A stretch of 64,000 nucleotides of DNA from Eledone cirrhosa (GCA_964016885.1 OZ024740.1:245148001-245212000); one strand, 5' to 3'; positions 26,439 to 41,173 are shown, counted from the first letter of the stretch. The notes: generated by a model not told the origin, from the sequence alone. Made by a program: numbers and translations.

Positions 26439-26610
26439 AACTTACCAAAACGAGAAAAATATTTTGATGATAAACGACGAAATACAGGAGGAAGATTCGA
26501 AAGCGAAACGATAAATAAACGTGCAAACAAAATGGCGGATGCTTTTGAGCAACAATTACTCTCGTTGGTTAATTAGCCAATAAGACTGTGAAATTAGCCA
26601 ATAAGACGAT
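26439..26610 (-). promoter_or_regulatory. Putative Pol II promoter and short first exon: two CCAAT boxes, YY1-type motif, splice donor
   Basis: AATTAGCCAATAAGAC duplicated 21 bp apart (CCAAT at 26577 and 26598); AAAATGGCGG at 26529-26538; minus-strand TTG|GTAAGT donor at 26445. Confidence 0.4.
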
Positions 26611-26746
26611 ACATTACAAAACATGTTTGGCAGCGATCATCACCACGGCCAGCGACACCTCTTGAATTTTTTATTCACAAGCTACGCATATATATCAGAC
26701 ACATAGACTTAAAACATTCTGTTGTTAGTCACTGCGTGTCTAACAG

Positions 26747-26780
<34 letters not shown>

Positions 26781-27745
26781 ATATATATATATACATATAT
26801 ATGTGTGTGGGTGTGGGTGTGTGTGGGTGTGTGCGCGCGTATGTGCGCGCGCGTGCGTGTTTGCGTGTATGTGTGTTTGTTTATAATTGTATGTGTCGGT
26901 ATTTATGTCTCGTAACTTAGCTATTTGACAGGAAAGAGATCGATGAAATAAGTACCAGACTTGACAAAATAAGTATTGGGGTCGATATGGTCAACTAAAT
27001 CAATGCGGCGCCCGTAGTCTAATGACTGGAATCAACAAAGGAATAAAACATCAAAAGTGTATATTGGAGGGTACATGAGGAAGGGAAACAGGTGAGAAGG
27101 GGAGCAACATTTCCTCTGGCCTATCATACCTGCTAATGACGGTATGGGTACCAAAAGTATCTTCACCTGCAGGACAAAGCAAATCCTTGCTACCCAACAA
27201 CAACCTATCACTCAGCACATCAGCATCGTCATTATCAAAACCAGCAAATCCTTTGATTCCAATCTCCACTATCAAATTATACGCAAAAAATATTCAACAT
27301 AATTCATACAACACTAAAGAAAAGAAAAATAGTATATATCATTCAAACATATCACACTAACATATAGCACAATCACAACACTCACCCTCGTACAATCACC
27401 AGACGTGAAGATTCTCAATTTCCTTTAAAGGTGGATAGTTTTTGCAAACGTACGTACATACATATATATGTATATATACGTATGTATGATCGCACACGTG
27501 TGTGTGTATATATATATACAGAGAGAGAGAGAGAGGGGGGGAGGAGTTGTATGTGTATGCTACAACCTGTTTTTCTCCAGCAGCTGGTGACCAGTCGGAG
27601 GAACTGTAGCTATTACTTACCTACTTATCAACTCACCTTACTACTTATTTACATATCTATTCAAACGACTTCACAATTGACGACCAACGTAATGAGGTAA
27701 ATTCCAAACATTCTTTCAAAACAATCGACATATTGATCCTACCGG

Positions 27746-27748
<3 letters not shown>

Positions 27749-27812
<64 letters not shown>

Positions 27813-29805
27813 TTTTCTTTATTAACCACAAGGGTTTACATAAAGTAGACATTAAGGACAGTACAGGACAATACAGGACGGTACAAATGGGCATTTCTGC
27901 GTGTAAAAAAACAGAGGATGAAATAAAATAACAAAGAAAAATTCCCCAATAGGGGGGAGACTTCCGAGGGACATTTGTGGAGAAAGCCCATTAAAAGACC
28001 ACAGTGACCCTGACCACTAGGGCAAGTGCCCTCTCCCAGTTTTCCACCTTTAATTTACAGACACATACTCAGAGAAGGCCCATTCATTCGGGCCATACTT
28101 GCTTCCCTCACCCATCTTTCAACAAAATGCTGGGAAGAGAGCACTTCCCTCTTTACCCTGATTTTCCTTTTCAAATGAAATTTGAAAAAGTTAATCAGGG
28201 CATCACCGAAGAGGTAAGTGCTCGTCTTCAGCCCTTTCAAACGTGTCCACCATACTATCTCTTTCGCCATGGCCACCAGACAGATAAAAACTGCCTGCCC
28301 TTCCCGGCTAAAGGATGAGGGCGGGGCAATCCTCTCGATGGACTCAGCTGATAGCTGGATCCGTCCTACACGTGACAGCAGGTGTTCGACATAAACCCAC
28401 AAGTCAGCAATGCTCGGACACTGGACGAGTGCGTGCAGGACGGTTTCGTCACCCTGCACGCATCTCGGACATGCCCGGCTGACGGCACCTCCATTCCTGT
28501 AGAGTTTATCCCGAACTGGCAAAGCTCCCCGGTAGCACTGCCAGGCCAGGGATTTCTGGAAGTTGTCCATAGGCCCCGGCCCGAAAGTCCTTCCGAAGAG
28601 ATTGGCTAGTGGATTTTCGTCGACGCTAGAGTTTCTCCAAGTACGTCGTCGCTCTTACCCCCCACTAATCCCCTATAGAACGCCAAGGTGGAGTTTCCAC
28701 CGATCACATTGCCCGATTGGTCGAGGGCCGTGAGCGCCTGAAGACATTCCAGTCTCCAAGCGCTCCCTCTCGGTCTTCGCTTGACCCAGGACTGCAGCTC
28801 CGTCAAGGAGACGAGCTGGGGAAAGACGCGTCTAGCAAACGGCGACCACACCTGATCACCGTCGAGGAAGAAGTGGAGATGTCGTAGCCTGAGCGCGTGT
28901 CTGCGCATCATCAGCCACGGCATGCCCAGCCCTCCACGTAGCGGGTGTTGACAGCAGATGGACCGCCTAACCATCGGAGCGCGTCCCTTCCACAAAAAGC
29001 GAAAGATCAAACGCTCCAGCGCAGTCAGGCGGGGCTTAGGACAAGGTACGACGGTCAGGCGGTAGTAGATGACGGACGCGATGTACGCGTTAGCCACCTC
29101 CGCTCGACCTTTCAGAGATAGCTTCCTCTCCGCCCATTTCTAGGTGAGAGAAGCCACCCTGCTCGTCACCTCGTCCCAGCTTTTGTCCGTCTGGAGGTCT
29201 GGACCGAACCAGACCGCTAGCAATTTAACCGGTCCGTCCGTCCAGCGCCCGACGACGCTGTTGGACGGCATGGACCTGCCTCTCCAGGTGCCGAGCTGCA
29301 GGCCCACTGACTTTTCCTGGTTGATCATTGCTCCTGTCACCGCTTCGTATTCTCTTAGTGTAGTGCCGATCGCCTCGATGTGTTTGGCGTTCGACACCAC
29401 TACGGTGACATCGTCCGCATATGCTGACACGGATCTTCCGCATCCTAGTTCGCGCGGGACCGTCTTCACGTCTCCAGTTTGTGCAGTAATGGCTCGAGAG
29501 TCAATACGTACAATAGGGACGAGAGGGGACATCCTTGGCGGACCGAGCGCATGATGTTGAACGGTTCCGAAAGGTGACCGTTCACTCTCACTACAGGGCA
29601 GATGTCGCTGTGCATGGCAGCGATCCAGCCTCTGAAGACGGGTCCAAAGCCAGCCGCCCTCAGGACTGCCGCTAGGTAACGATGGTCGACCCTATCGAAG
29701 GCTTTCGACTGATCTAAATTGATCAAAGACCCACCCGTGCCAGGTTCCCTAGCTACCCTCTCTACGATGTATCGCATGAGGTGGAGGTTGTCGTGGATGG
29801 ATCTG
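27749..29805 (-). mobile_element. 5'-truncated Tx1 LINE, element C, with (TTA)n tail and frameshifts
   Basis: Near-identical to the 3' 2 kb of elements A and B; tail 27749-27811; TATAATAATAAT at both flanks. Confidence 0.92.
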
Positions 29806-29821
29806 ATATATAATAATAATA

Positions 29822-30352
29822 TCTCAATCTTGTGGAACTTTAGCATCCAAACAGACCGAAAAATAGATGCAAATAGACCTGATATAATATTGAAGGACTT
29901 TAAAAAGAGGGTATGCCTGCTAATTGATATGTCCGTTTCAATAGACAAGAATGTATCTATAAAAACATTTGAAAAATTGAGCAAGTATAAGGACCTGGAG
30001 ATAAAAATTGGAAAAATGTGGAAATTGAGAACTAAAACAATACCAGTGGTTGTAGGCGCTCTAGGAATGATACCTAAGGGGTCTAATGATTACTTATCGC
30101 AAATCCCAGGAAACCCGCGTATAGGAGAAATACAAAAAATAGTACTAATGGGAACTGCCCATATACTAAGGAAGATTCTGTCAATATAAGTACATCACAA
30201 GTCTAAACACTAAAGATGCATGTGTGAGTAGGTATGTTCTTTCTTGAACATGGCGGAACTTGTTGTCTCTTGAGGTCACTGGTTGTGACTTGGTGATAAC
30301 TCATATGAACATAAAGCAAGATAAATGCAGCTGTAATAATAATAATAATAAT
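29822..30352 (+). mobile_element. R4/Dong-like 3' fragment (RLE domain, 3' UTR, (TAA)n tail)
   Basis: ILWNFSIQTDRKIDANRPDIIL..LIDMSV...EKLSKYKDL...IPVVVGALG; nearly identical to 53710-54200. Confidence 0.88.
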
Positions 30353-32780
30353 GATTTCTTTATTGGCCACAAGGGCTGACATCAAGAAAAACATTACAGA
30401 CGGCACAGGACGGTACGATGTGGGTTTTGTGCGTGTAAATATTTTTATTATTTATATAAGAAAAGAAAAAAGGACATGGAAACATATATATATATATAAA
30501 CAATAAAAATGGAAATTGAAACAATGAAAAATTCTCCAATAGGGGGGAAACCTCCGAGGGTTACTCGTGGCGAAAACCACACAAAAGACCACGGCCACCC
30601 TGACAACCAGGGCAAGCGCCCTCTCTCAATTTTTCCATTTCCCAAACTACAGACGTATATACAGAGCGGTACCGTTCACTTGACCATTCTCGCTACATTC
30701 ACCCACCTTTCAACAAACTTGCTAGAAGGCAGCACTTGCCTCTCCACCCTGATTTTCCTCTTCAAGTGAAACTTGAAAAAGTTAATTAGGGATTCGCCGA
30801 AGAGAAAAGTGTCTGTCTTTAACCCTTTCAACCTTGTCCACCACACAATCTCTTTCGCCATGGCCACCAGGCAGATGAAAACCGCCTGCCCTTCCTCCTC
30901 GAAGGAAGACAGCGAGACCATCTGCACAATGGACTCAGTCGATAACCGGATCAGTCCTACACGCGACAGCAACTGTTCTACATAGCTCCACAAGTCAGCA
31001 ATGCTCGGGCACTGAACGAGTGCGTGCATGACAATTTCGTCGCTCTGCGCGCATCTCGGACAGGCTCCGCTGACGGCACTTCCGTGCCTGTAGAGCTTTT
31101 CTCGAACCGGCAGCGCTCCCCGGTAGCACTGCCAGGCCAGGGATTTTTGGAAGTTATCCATAGGCCCTGGGCTGAAAGTTCTCCGGAAGAGAGCAAACAG
31201 CTGATCTTCTTCGACGCCCAGGATCTCTCCGAGAACGTCGTCGCTCTTTCCCTCCACTAGTCCTCTATAGAACGCCGAGGTGGATGTTCCACCGATACTG
31301 GTGCCCAGCTGGCAGAGGACAGTGAGCGCCTGGAGACATTCCAGTTTCCAAGCGCTATCCCTCGGTCTTTTTCTGACCCAGGACTGCAGCTCCGTCAAGG
31401 AGACGAGCTGTGGGAAACGTGCCTGGCGAACGGCGACCACAACTGTTCACCGTCAAAGAAGCACCAGAGATGTCGCAGCCTCAGCGCATGTTTGCGCATC
31501 ATCAGCCATGGCATGCCCAGTCCTCCATGCAACGGGTGTTGACAGCAGATGGATCGTCTGACCATGGGAGCGCGTCCCTTCCACAAAAAGCGGAAGAGGA
31601 GGCGCTCCATTTTGGTGAGAGTTGGGTCGGAGCAAGGGACGACAGTGAGGCGGTAACAGATGACGGATGCGCTGTACGCATTCGCCACCCCGCCCGGCCT
31701 TTCAGGGACAGCTTCCTCTCGGCCCATTTCTGAGTGAGGGAGGCCACCTTGCTCGTCACCTCGTTCCAGTTTTTCTCCATCTAGAGGTCCGGTCCGAACC
31801 AGACCCCGAGCAATTTAACCGGTCCGTCAGTCCAATGCCCCACGACGCTGTCGGACGGGATAAACTTGCCTCTCTAGGTGCCGAGCTGCAAGCCCACCGA
31901 CTTTTCCTGGTTTATCTTTGCTCCTGTCACCGCTTCGTATTCCTTGAGAGCGATGTCGAGCATCTGGACGTGTCTTGTCCTCGATACCCACAAGGTGCCG
32001 TCGTCGGCGTAAGCCGACTCGGATTTCCCGCATCCTAGTTCGCGTGGGATGCCCCTCATCGCCCCCAGTTTGTGCAGTACGTACAAGAGGGACGTGAGGG
32101 GACATCCCTGGCGGACTGAGCGCATGATGCTGAACGGCTGCGACAGGTGACCGTTCACCCTCACAACTGAGCAGATGTCGCTGTACATCGCTGCGATCCA
32201 ACCCCTGAAAACGGGCCCGAAAACGGATGCCTCGAGGACCGCCGCCAGGTACCGATGGTCGACCCTATCGAATGCTTTGGATTGATCCAAGTTGACCAGG
32301 TCCCCACCTGTGCCAGGTTCCTTAACCACCCTCTCTATGATGTATCGCATGAGGTGGAGGTTGTCGTGTATGGATCTGTCCGGAATGGCGCATGTCTGCG
32401 CCTCTCCCACCAGACCCTTGACGACAAGCGCCAACCTCATTGCTAACACCTTGGCCAAAATCTTAAACTCTGCGTTTAGCAGGGTTATGGACCTGAAATT
32501 ATCGATAACACCCCCCTTTTACGGGTCTTTTCTCAGCAGCGCCACCGCTCCCCGGCTCACAAAACTGGGAATGCTCCCGTCTGCTGCCAGTTGCAGTAGA
32601 CATCTGCCAAGAGGTCACCGAACAAGTCTGGCATAAATGCATAAAGCTCGTAGGACAGACCATCCAAACCTGGCGATTTACCCCTCGTGCAGTTAGCCAT
32701 CGCTTCCCGTATTTCACCGGCTGTTATTGGCTTTTCGCAATACTGTGCTGCGGTCGTCGAGAGCCGAGGCAGTCCGTCAA
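30353..32780 (-). mobile_element. Diverged Tx1 subfamily copy, element D, 5'-truncated and frameshifted
   Basis: DQSKAFDRVDH, RQGCPL, YADD, CPRC; distinct but related 3' UTR. Confidence 0.9.
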
Positions 32781-32789
32781 TGATGATGA

Positions 32790-32925
32790 TGATTTATGAT
32801 TTCGGCACAAGGCAGCAATTTTGGGGGACGGGAAAGTCGATTAAATCGACCCCAATGTGTTACTGGTATTTTATTTTATCGACCCCATAAGGATGAAAGA
32901 CAAAGTTAACCTCAACGGGATTTGA
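32790..32925 (-). mobile_element. SINE 3' part
   Basis: GGCACAAGG..TTTATCGACCCC..GGATGAAAG motifs. Confidence 0.75.
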
Positions 32926-32929
32926 ATAA

Positions 32930-35060
32930 TTGTAATTCTTTCTTTATTGGTCACTAGGACAATACAAAAAGGGAACTAGGGTATAAACAAAAAGGGACAT
33001 AGGGGACTATACAAAAAGGGACATAGGGGACAATACAAAAAGGGGGTGGACAGTGGAGATTTACCAATAGTTTTAAAAACATATTAAAAGATAAAAGGTA
33101 ATAATTAACAACAAATTAATAACAACAAAATTCCCGAATGGGAAGAGTGCCACTCATGGGTAACGTAGGAACCCCACAGATTCTAAACCACCCTACTCGC
33201 CGGTCATGGGGTGGTTCCCCTCTCCTCTCTAAACTTTCCCGTCTACAGTTGCATGTTCCGAATAGGCCTATTCACACGGGCCATCCTCGCTACATTCACC
33301 CACCTTTTAAGGAGCGGGAGCACTTCCCTCTGCATTCGCACCTTTTTTCCAAGTGTAACTTGATAAAGTTAACGAGGGAAGTGTTTGTCTTCAGTCCTTT
33401 CTGTCACGTTCACCACACAATCTCTTTCGTCACAGCCATCAGCCAGGCAGCGGGGCGATCTTAACGATGGAGTCGGTCGATAGCCGGATCCGTCGTACAC
33501 CCGATAATAGCTGTTCGACAAAACTCCACAAGTCAGCAATACTCGGACACAGGACAAGTGCGGGAAGTACGGTCTCTTGGTTCGTCTGACAGCACTTTCG
33601 TGTCTGTAGAGTTTGTCTTGAACCGACAGTACTCCACAGGAGCACTGCCAGGCCAGGTATTTCTGAAAATTGTCCTTAGTCACCGAACCAAAAGTCCTCC
33701 GGAGCAGACTGGCTAGTTCGTTCTCGTCGGTGTTTAGTGTCTCTCAGAGAGAATCGTCGCTCTTGCCGGCCACTACTCTTCTATAGAACACTAAAGTGGA
33801 ATTTTCACTGCCAGCGCCTGACAACATTCCAGACGCCAGGCACCCGGACTCGGTCTTCGCTTACCCAAGACTGATGTTCCATCAAAGAGACGTGCTGCAG
33901 AAAGACGTGCCTGACAAAGGGTGACCATACCCGTTCACCGCTTAGGAATATCTGGAGATCATGCTACTTCAGCGCATGTCTGAGCATCATCAGTCATAGC
34001 ATGCCTAGTCCTCCGCGTAAATGTGCTGGCAGCTGATTAATCGCCTCACCAGTGGAACCTGTCCTTTCCACAAGACGTTGAAGAGCAGTCGTTCCAACCT
34101 GGTGATTTGCGGGTCGCGGCAAGACACAACAGTCAGGTGGTAATAGATGACGGACGCGATGTACTCGTTCGCCAATTCTATTGAACCATTAAGGGATAGC
34201 TTCTCCTCGGCCCATTTCTGGGTGAGAGTGACCACCCTGCTTTTTACCTCGTCCTAATTCTTACCCACATTGAGGCCTGGACCAAACTAGACCCCGAGCA
34301 ACTTCACCAGTTCATCTGTCCAGTGTCTCTATTCATCTTCGCTACCGTCAACCTTTCCTGTTTTTCTAAGAAGTTGCTGACCACCTGGATTTCCGAGATG
34401 TTCGACACCAACATGGTGTCGACCGTATATGCCGACCATGTCCTTCGTCAACTACACAACCCCTTTTGCCATAGCCACCATTCAAATGAAAATGCCTGTC
34501 CTTCCTTGCCAAAGGAAAGCGATGGGGTAATTTTCACGATAGTTTTAGCTATTAACCAGATCAGTTCTACATGCGACAACAGCTGTTCGACTACTTGATA
34601 TAATTCTACAAATGAGCAATGTGTGTAGTACGGTTTTGTTTCTCTGAGCACATCTCGGACAGGCCTGACCGACTGCATCATGTGTCAGTAGAGTTTATCC
34701 TAAACAGACAGTGTCCTCCATCAGTTCTGCTCGACCATGGATTTTTATCATAGTCTCCGGGCTGAATGTCCTTCAAAATGTACTGTTCTGTTGATCTCCC
34801 ACGATGTTTAGAATTTCCCCCAGAACGTCATGGCTCTTTCTTACCCTTAAACCTCAATATATTGTATGGTTTCACGTGCCACCGTCTACATTGCTTGACT
34901 TGTAAAGAATTCTGAGCATCGTTCAACAATTCGGATGTCAACCGCTCAATCCTCATCTTCGTTTTATCCAAGACTGCAACTCCGTCAAAGAGACAAGCTG
35001 CAGGAAGACTTGCTTGATAAACGGCAAATACACTTGCTCGGCATCTCTCCAAATACATTC
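32930..35060 (-). mobile_element. Two or more older, highly decayed Tx1 copies
   Basis: Remnants DNFQKYLAWQC, LTQKWAEEKLSL..ANEYIASVIYY and TIVKITP..KEGQA. Confidence 0.75.
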
Positions 35061-36009
35061 TCGGCTGATGTATGTATCTTGGAAATATTAGTCACGCTGA
35101 TGGATACTACATCTAAAGTATGTGTATGTGTGTGTACGTTGTTGTTGTTGTTGTTTCACAAAGAATCACTTTTCAGATCCCGTTATTCGGTCATAAGTTG
35201 CACCTAAAAATGATTCACTAAAGTTATTGTACTGAGACAAATATTCTATAAAAGTATTAAATTTCTGCTGTAAGAAGCAGTTATTTTTTAACGTGTCACA
35301 TATTACCATATGATTACCATCTCGTGGTAACATGATGCAATAATAAAACCAATTATTTGCAGCGTATCTAGTTTCCAACAATACACATTTTAAATAGAAA
35401 TACAAATATGCTAACTGGAATGTTTCGTTGGAGATAAATACCAGGAAGAAATGCTGGTATTTGACAAAAGCAGAGTGAAATACTGATATTATCAACTGAA
35501 ATAATGTTAGCAGACCAGATCAGAAAGGTGCCATGGGCCAGTTGATATGGGCCTATCATTTTAAGCAGGGGCCACTTGCCTAAAGTTCTAGTTCTTTTAG
35601 TCTATAATGTGACTTGTAAGTATATCATGCACTGCACATAAACATCTACAAACCCGTAGCCAATACATAAATCATAGACTTGAATACTAAAATACATAAT
35701 GAGCAGTTTGAAATGAGGTCTACGCTTCACATATGGCTTGGGTCTATTACTAGCTTTATACTTGCCTGTCTGCTAATGTGCTGTGGTTTCTAGTAAAAAA
35801 ATGGATACCTCATAGATATGAGAAACCTTAAGACAATTTATTTCTGACAGAGGCATAAGGCCAGATATTTCTGGGGAGGGGACAGTCAATTATGTCAACG
35901 ACACCAGTACATGACTTGTACTTCTTTTATTGACCCCAGAGTGATGTATAGCATAGTCCACATGTTGATTATAATTCAGAATGTAAAGGGTCACAAAGTA
36001 TTTTGAGGC

Positions 36010-36870
36010 CGCCTGTGTGACGTGGGACCGGCTGGGACTTAGCCCAGTAGACGTCCCTCTTCCTTCTCCCCCTATTGACGTCTAGTCCCCCCAACGCACT
36101 TGGGATGACATCCAGTGCAGCCTGGCCTCAGTCAGGCTCACGCGCCAGCTCGACCAGCACCGCCTTGCTTGTTTTCATGCGGCCTCCAAACCCCACAGTG
36201 GTGCCTGGATCCATGCCCTGCCCTCCTTCTCCACTGGCACGCAGCTAGACAACAATAACCTGCGAATCGGCGTTTATCCCAGGCTCGGCCTCCGGATCTG
36301 CCAGCCACACCAATGTCACTGCGGTTCCACCGTGGACACTTTCGGCCTCCACCCGCTTTCCTGTTGCCACAGTGCCGGCCGCATTCCACGCCATACTGCC
36401 CTCAACGAGGTCACTAAGCATGGCTTGGACGCTGCAGGCTTCCCTTCCCAGCTCGAGCCGGTGGGGCTGGATCGAGGGGACGGCAAAAGGCCAGATATCA
36501 TGACCATCTTCCCGTTCCGCAGTGGGCAAATCCCTCGTCTGGGATGCCACTTGCACCGACACTTTCTGCAGCCGCAACCTGGTGCAGTCTGTGACTGACC
36601 CAGGTTCTGCTGCACGTCGGGCTGAGGTGGCCAAACTCCTCAAATACCGGTCGCTCTCCGACAGGTTTTCGGTCGTACCCCTGGCAGTGGAGACTTCTGG
36701 TATCTTCGGCCCCAGGGCTACCTCCTTACTCACCACCATAGGTGCTGAGTTGGCCAGCCGCAGGTGTGAGCCCCGCGAGTTGGAGTGGCTTTTCCAGCGC
36801 GTCTCCCTTGCCGTCCTCCGGGGAAACGCCTTCTCCATCTGTCCGCCGGGGCTGTGGGTGGACCCCATCG
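36010..36870 (+). mobile_element. CRE-clade non-LTR retrotransposon 3' fragment (zinc finger plus RLE)
   Basis: CHCG...GLHPLSC..GRIPRH..LN, KRPD, VWDATC, AEVAKLLKY, PLAVETSG, QRVSLAVLRGNA. Confidence 0.8.
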
Positions 36871-37599
36871 CGTACCGTTGTAGTTGTTGTATACATATAT
36901 TAACTCATCAATCCCATTGTCCTAATAATATATTTATATCTGTTATTTTAACAGATAATTTAAAATTCACTTAAACCAAAAACTGAAAAGATTTCAGCTA
37001 TTAATAAACTTGGAAACTAATTTACAGAAATTAAGAATATATAATGGTGTTTTTTATATCTACCAAAATTTTAGGGGTTTTTAATCTCATCGAAAACAAA
37101 TCAATTTGTTTTTGCTCTATACGAGGCGCCAAATAAGGCAGATATATTATATAATCATATCAACTATTTCGTATGTCTTCCAGCTTTCTACACTCGATAA
37201 AATAAAGTACCAATTCATAGCAGTGGATTGGCGGAATTGTTACAGCGTCTTACGGTGTTTGTTCAAATACCTGGCATCCTGAGTTAACGCCCATGATACC
37301 ATAACTGATTATAAAAACTGCATTGGAGGAAGGAAAGTTGTAACCGTCAGTTACTGCAGTCGAACGATGATGACGATACGAGGAATAACAGTGCCCATGA
37401 CATATCTGCTGGGCTTTCGGGACTGGTTGATGGAAAAAGGATGAAGTTCGATTATACTTTCTGAGGTGCAGGCTAATGAAGTAGCTTCGTCTTCTTTAAG
37501 CTGACTTCCAGTCCAAAGAGCTGGGCAGCTACTGCGAAGCAGGTAGTGATGCGCTGCAAGGCTCTTTCTGTGTGGGCAACAAGAGCATTGTCGGCAAAG

Positions 37600-40090
37600 A
37601 GGAAGTCTCGGATCAGTTGCTCCAGGCGTGAGCCTGTAGTCGACAAAGATTAAACAGGCTGCCATCAAGACAGTATCTGATGTAGACTACGTTTTCGTCA
37701 TCAAGATCTTCTGTGGCCTGCTTGAGCATCATGCTGAAAAAGATGGTGAAGAGAGTCGGTGCCAGGACACAATATTCCTTCACTCCGTTGAAGATCGGAA
37801 AGGGCTCTGAGAGGTCCCTGCTGAGTCTAACTTGGCCACACTAGTCTTCGTGTAGTTGGATGACCTTATTCCGGAACTTTGAGGGACAGCCGAATCGTTC
37901 CATGATCTGCCACATTCCTTTTCTGTTCACTGTATCGAATGCTTTAGTCAAGTCAACGAACGCCACGCACAACCTTTTGTTTTGCTCTCGGCATTTCTAT
38001 TGGGGCTGCCTGAGAACAAACACCATATCAATGGTGCTCTTGACTCTGAAGCTACACTGGCTCCCTGGGAGGTGTTATTCTGAGATGGTAGGTACCAGCA
38101 TGTTTAGCAGCATCCTTGCGGGGATTTTTGCCGCCATAGTGAGCAGAGTAATCCCCCGGTAGTTTGAGCAGATCGACTTTTCCCCTTTGCTCTTGTACTG
38201 GGTAATGATGACTGCATCACGGATATGTTGTGGTAGATTGCCCTGCTCTCAGCAACGCACGAATAGCTCGTAAAATTTCGTGTGTAATGCTGGGCCTCCA
38301 TGCATTCAAATCTCAGGTTGAATTCCATCAAATCCTGCTGCTTTGCGCTACTTAGCTGCTCTACGGTTTTGGTAGTCTCTTTAATGGTGGGCAACCTACC
38401 CAGCTTCGCTTTTACTGGTTGTTGGGGAATGCAGAGAATGGCTGATCTCTGGACAGTGTGGTTAGCGCTGAAGAGGGCTTGGAGATATTTTGACCAACGG
38501 CGTAAGATGGACGCCCTGTCTGTGTGGAGAGCCTGATCGTCTGCACTGAACAAAGGACTCTGGACATGATATATTGGGTCATACACCACCTTTAAGGCTT
38601 CATAGAAGCTCCTAAAGTCTCCGGTGTCTGTGTACAACTGAGTTTTCTCAGTGAAGTTGGTCCACCACTTGTTCCGCTGGAGGTTACTACATACGAGCTT
38701 CTTTCATAGGACAAGATGGCTGAGCTAAGTAAACCAGGTAGGTGGGTCTCTTCTTCACCAGAATTCTTGAATTTCCTTGTTGGTTTCATCAAACCAGTCT
38801 TTGTTCTTCTTTGAAGTGAACCCAAAACCTTCCCCAGATTTTTCAGATGTTTCCAAAGTATTTCTGGAGAAGTATCTGTGGGAATGCTCGCATCTTCAAG
38901 TGAAGGGCTGCCTGGAAGTCAGCTTTCGCTTCAGCTGACTAGAGACTGCTAGCTTTGAACTTTTTCCTAGGTGTCCCTCCTTTGAATTGGGTTTAAAGTG
39001 GAGCTTGAGTTTGCAGCGTTCGAGACGATAGTCGGTGTAACATTCCGCTCTGGGCATCACTCTAATATGCAAGATGACTTTCAGGTCACACCGGCGCATG
39101 ATATAATCAATGAGGTGCCGGTATTTGGAGCGAAGATGAATTTAAGTTGTTTTCAATCTGTCCATCTGCTGGAAGATGGTGTTCTGCGCAAAACCCCGAC
39201 AACAAGCATACATTGTCATTGCAGTTATCAACGCCATGTCTCCTAAGCATTTCCTCTCAAGTTATAGAGTCTCGGCCCTCTCTGATGTTGAAATCGCGAA
39301 GGATTATAACCCTGTCGTCCACATGGGTACCCTGTAAAAGACTGTGCAAATCAGACTAAAATTTGTTCTTTTCCACAGGATCTGCTCGAAGAGTAGGGGA
39401 GTGCACACTGAAGAGCGTGGCATATTGTTGAGTGGGAGGGCATAGAGATGATGCAGACAGAATGACCTGTTGGCAGGTTTTCAAGCTCGGAATAGATAGA
39501 GTTTCTGACCATGAAGCCCACTCCTGAAAGGCGTCTCTCTGCTGCTGGTTTGTCTAACCAATAAAGGGTGTATCTGGCGCCATGCTCTTCTAGGCTGCTT
39601 TCCTCTGGAAAGCGGACTTCATTAAGTGCAACGATGTCAACATTTAGTCTTCACCGCTTGTATGCAAATAAAGGAGATCGACATACTGGACAACTGCTGT
39701 TGACTGTTTAGTATGGTTCTGATACTCCAGCATACAATTTTCAGTCCTTTCATACTTTTGCAGGTAGGGGTGTACCTTTTCTTCCTTCATATTTTTCGAC
39801 CGCATGAGAACATTCCCGTTGACTGCGGTTTGCGAACTGAATGGTGTAGGAGACGAACTTTGTTTAGGCCAGCTTTTCTAAACCCCTTTCTATGTGGAGC
39901 AAGCAGTGCTGCTCCTCGAGAAGGAGGCTGCATGGTCATTCAGTGTGTGCCGAACGACGTTGTCATCCCCGGGTCAACATCAGACGATTAAACCCTGAAC
40001 CGCCTGTCTATAGGATTGGGGCTTCCAGTGTCATATTATACCTGCTATTTTCGCCCCTTTCCCATCGCTACAGGGCTTGAAGTGATTGGT
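37600..40090 (-). mobile_element. RTE-BovB-like LINE, 5' UTR, APE and part of RT, degraded
   Basis: YTLYW....RLSGVGFMV, HLIDYI, CYTDYRL, NYRGITLL, AFVDLTKAFDTV and LAPTLFTIFFS remnants. Confidence 0.8.
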
Positions 40091-40344
40091 GGTCACGGAC
40101 ATGTCCTTCGAGTCTGCACTGTGAAGTGCTTAGGTCAAGTACAATGTGCGTAACGGTGACAGTGAGGCCCTCAAGTCGTAGGATTTACATCAGAGTGTCC
40201 TTCTCCTGGCTTCTGGCTCAAAAGCCTTCCTCGGAGACACGGAGCAACTTACCCAGACTGGGACGTGACCACTGGATGTTACCAAACGTGCCGATAGATT
40301 CAGGGTCTTGGAACAATTAGCCTTGTCACTAAGACTATTTAACC

Positions 40345-40490
40345 CATAGATGGGACCCTAACAGGTACTACCGCCCGGGCCATAGCGGACCAAGGAGCAA
40401 TTGTGACTAAGGGGTAACGCCATACTTCCCAGAACCCAAGAACTTGAACTAGAGCCACACCACCGGATGCAGTTTAGTGTCTTGCCCATA
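40345..40490. repeat. Interspersed SINE-like repeat fragment
   Basis: GATGGGACCCTAACAGGTACTACC...GCAGTTTAGTGTC; recognised as a repeat type from memory, family not assigned. Confidence 0.4.
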
Positions 40491-40549
40491 CATACACGCA
40501 CAAACACACACAAACACACAACACGCACGCATACACGCACACACATATG

Positions 40550-40960
40550 TTAACCTTTGGGTGTTGAGTTCTAGTCTATTTTTGATTTGGGGTTTCAGTT
40601 TGGCTAATTGTATAAGTTGTATGAATTCTGTCATTGACGGTACTTCTTACCTGGCTCGGGTAGTAACTATTATAGTTTTAGTTATGTTCTTGCACTTATC
40701 TATGTTTCTTGAGGGACGATGTGTATATGTTGAAGTATTCTTTGATACGGATATGACGTTTTCTTATAGTGCTGCCGAAGTAAAATTCACCGTACTTAGA
40801 GATTTGGCAACCGTAGGCATGTGTCCGTATTGCAGACGAGGCAGTTCGCCAGCGAGTATTGGTTATTGTCGTCTTCAAGCCATTTTTTAATAAGCATTTC
40901 CGCAATGAAAGACCAGAGTTGGCTAACTGTATAAACATCCCTTTTCCTGTAATAGGCCTG
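40550..40960 (-). mobile_element. Penelope-like GIY-YIG endonuclease C-terminal fragment, degraded
   Basis: GEFYFGSTIRKRHIRIKEY (YIG.T.R....R..EH motif) followed by LKPQIKNRLEL. Confidence 0.65.
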
Positions 40961-41072
40961 GGGATAGCCCCGGTTATCTTAAAGACCTATGAAGAATTGC
41001 AAAGTAATATCCCAGCATCATATGTTTGATATTTACCATCCAATTAACATTAGCCTTCAAACAAATCACTAC

Positions 41073-41173
<101 letters not shown>

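Noticed and set aside
27051-27360. Non-repetitive-looking short ORFs and a possible 37-nt minus-strand exon (CCTGCAG|GTGAAG...TAGCAG|GTATGA)
   Set aside because: No recognisable domain or partner exons; splice-like motifs of this quality occur by chance
29466-30189. ORFs 29466-29984 (-) and 29719-30189 (+) spanning Tx1 RT and Dong RLE sequence
   Set aside because: Chance read-through across a junction of two oppositely oriented truncated elements; each ORF uses one element in antisense
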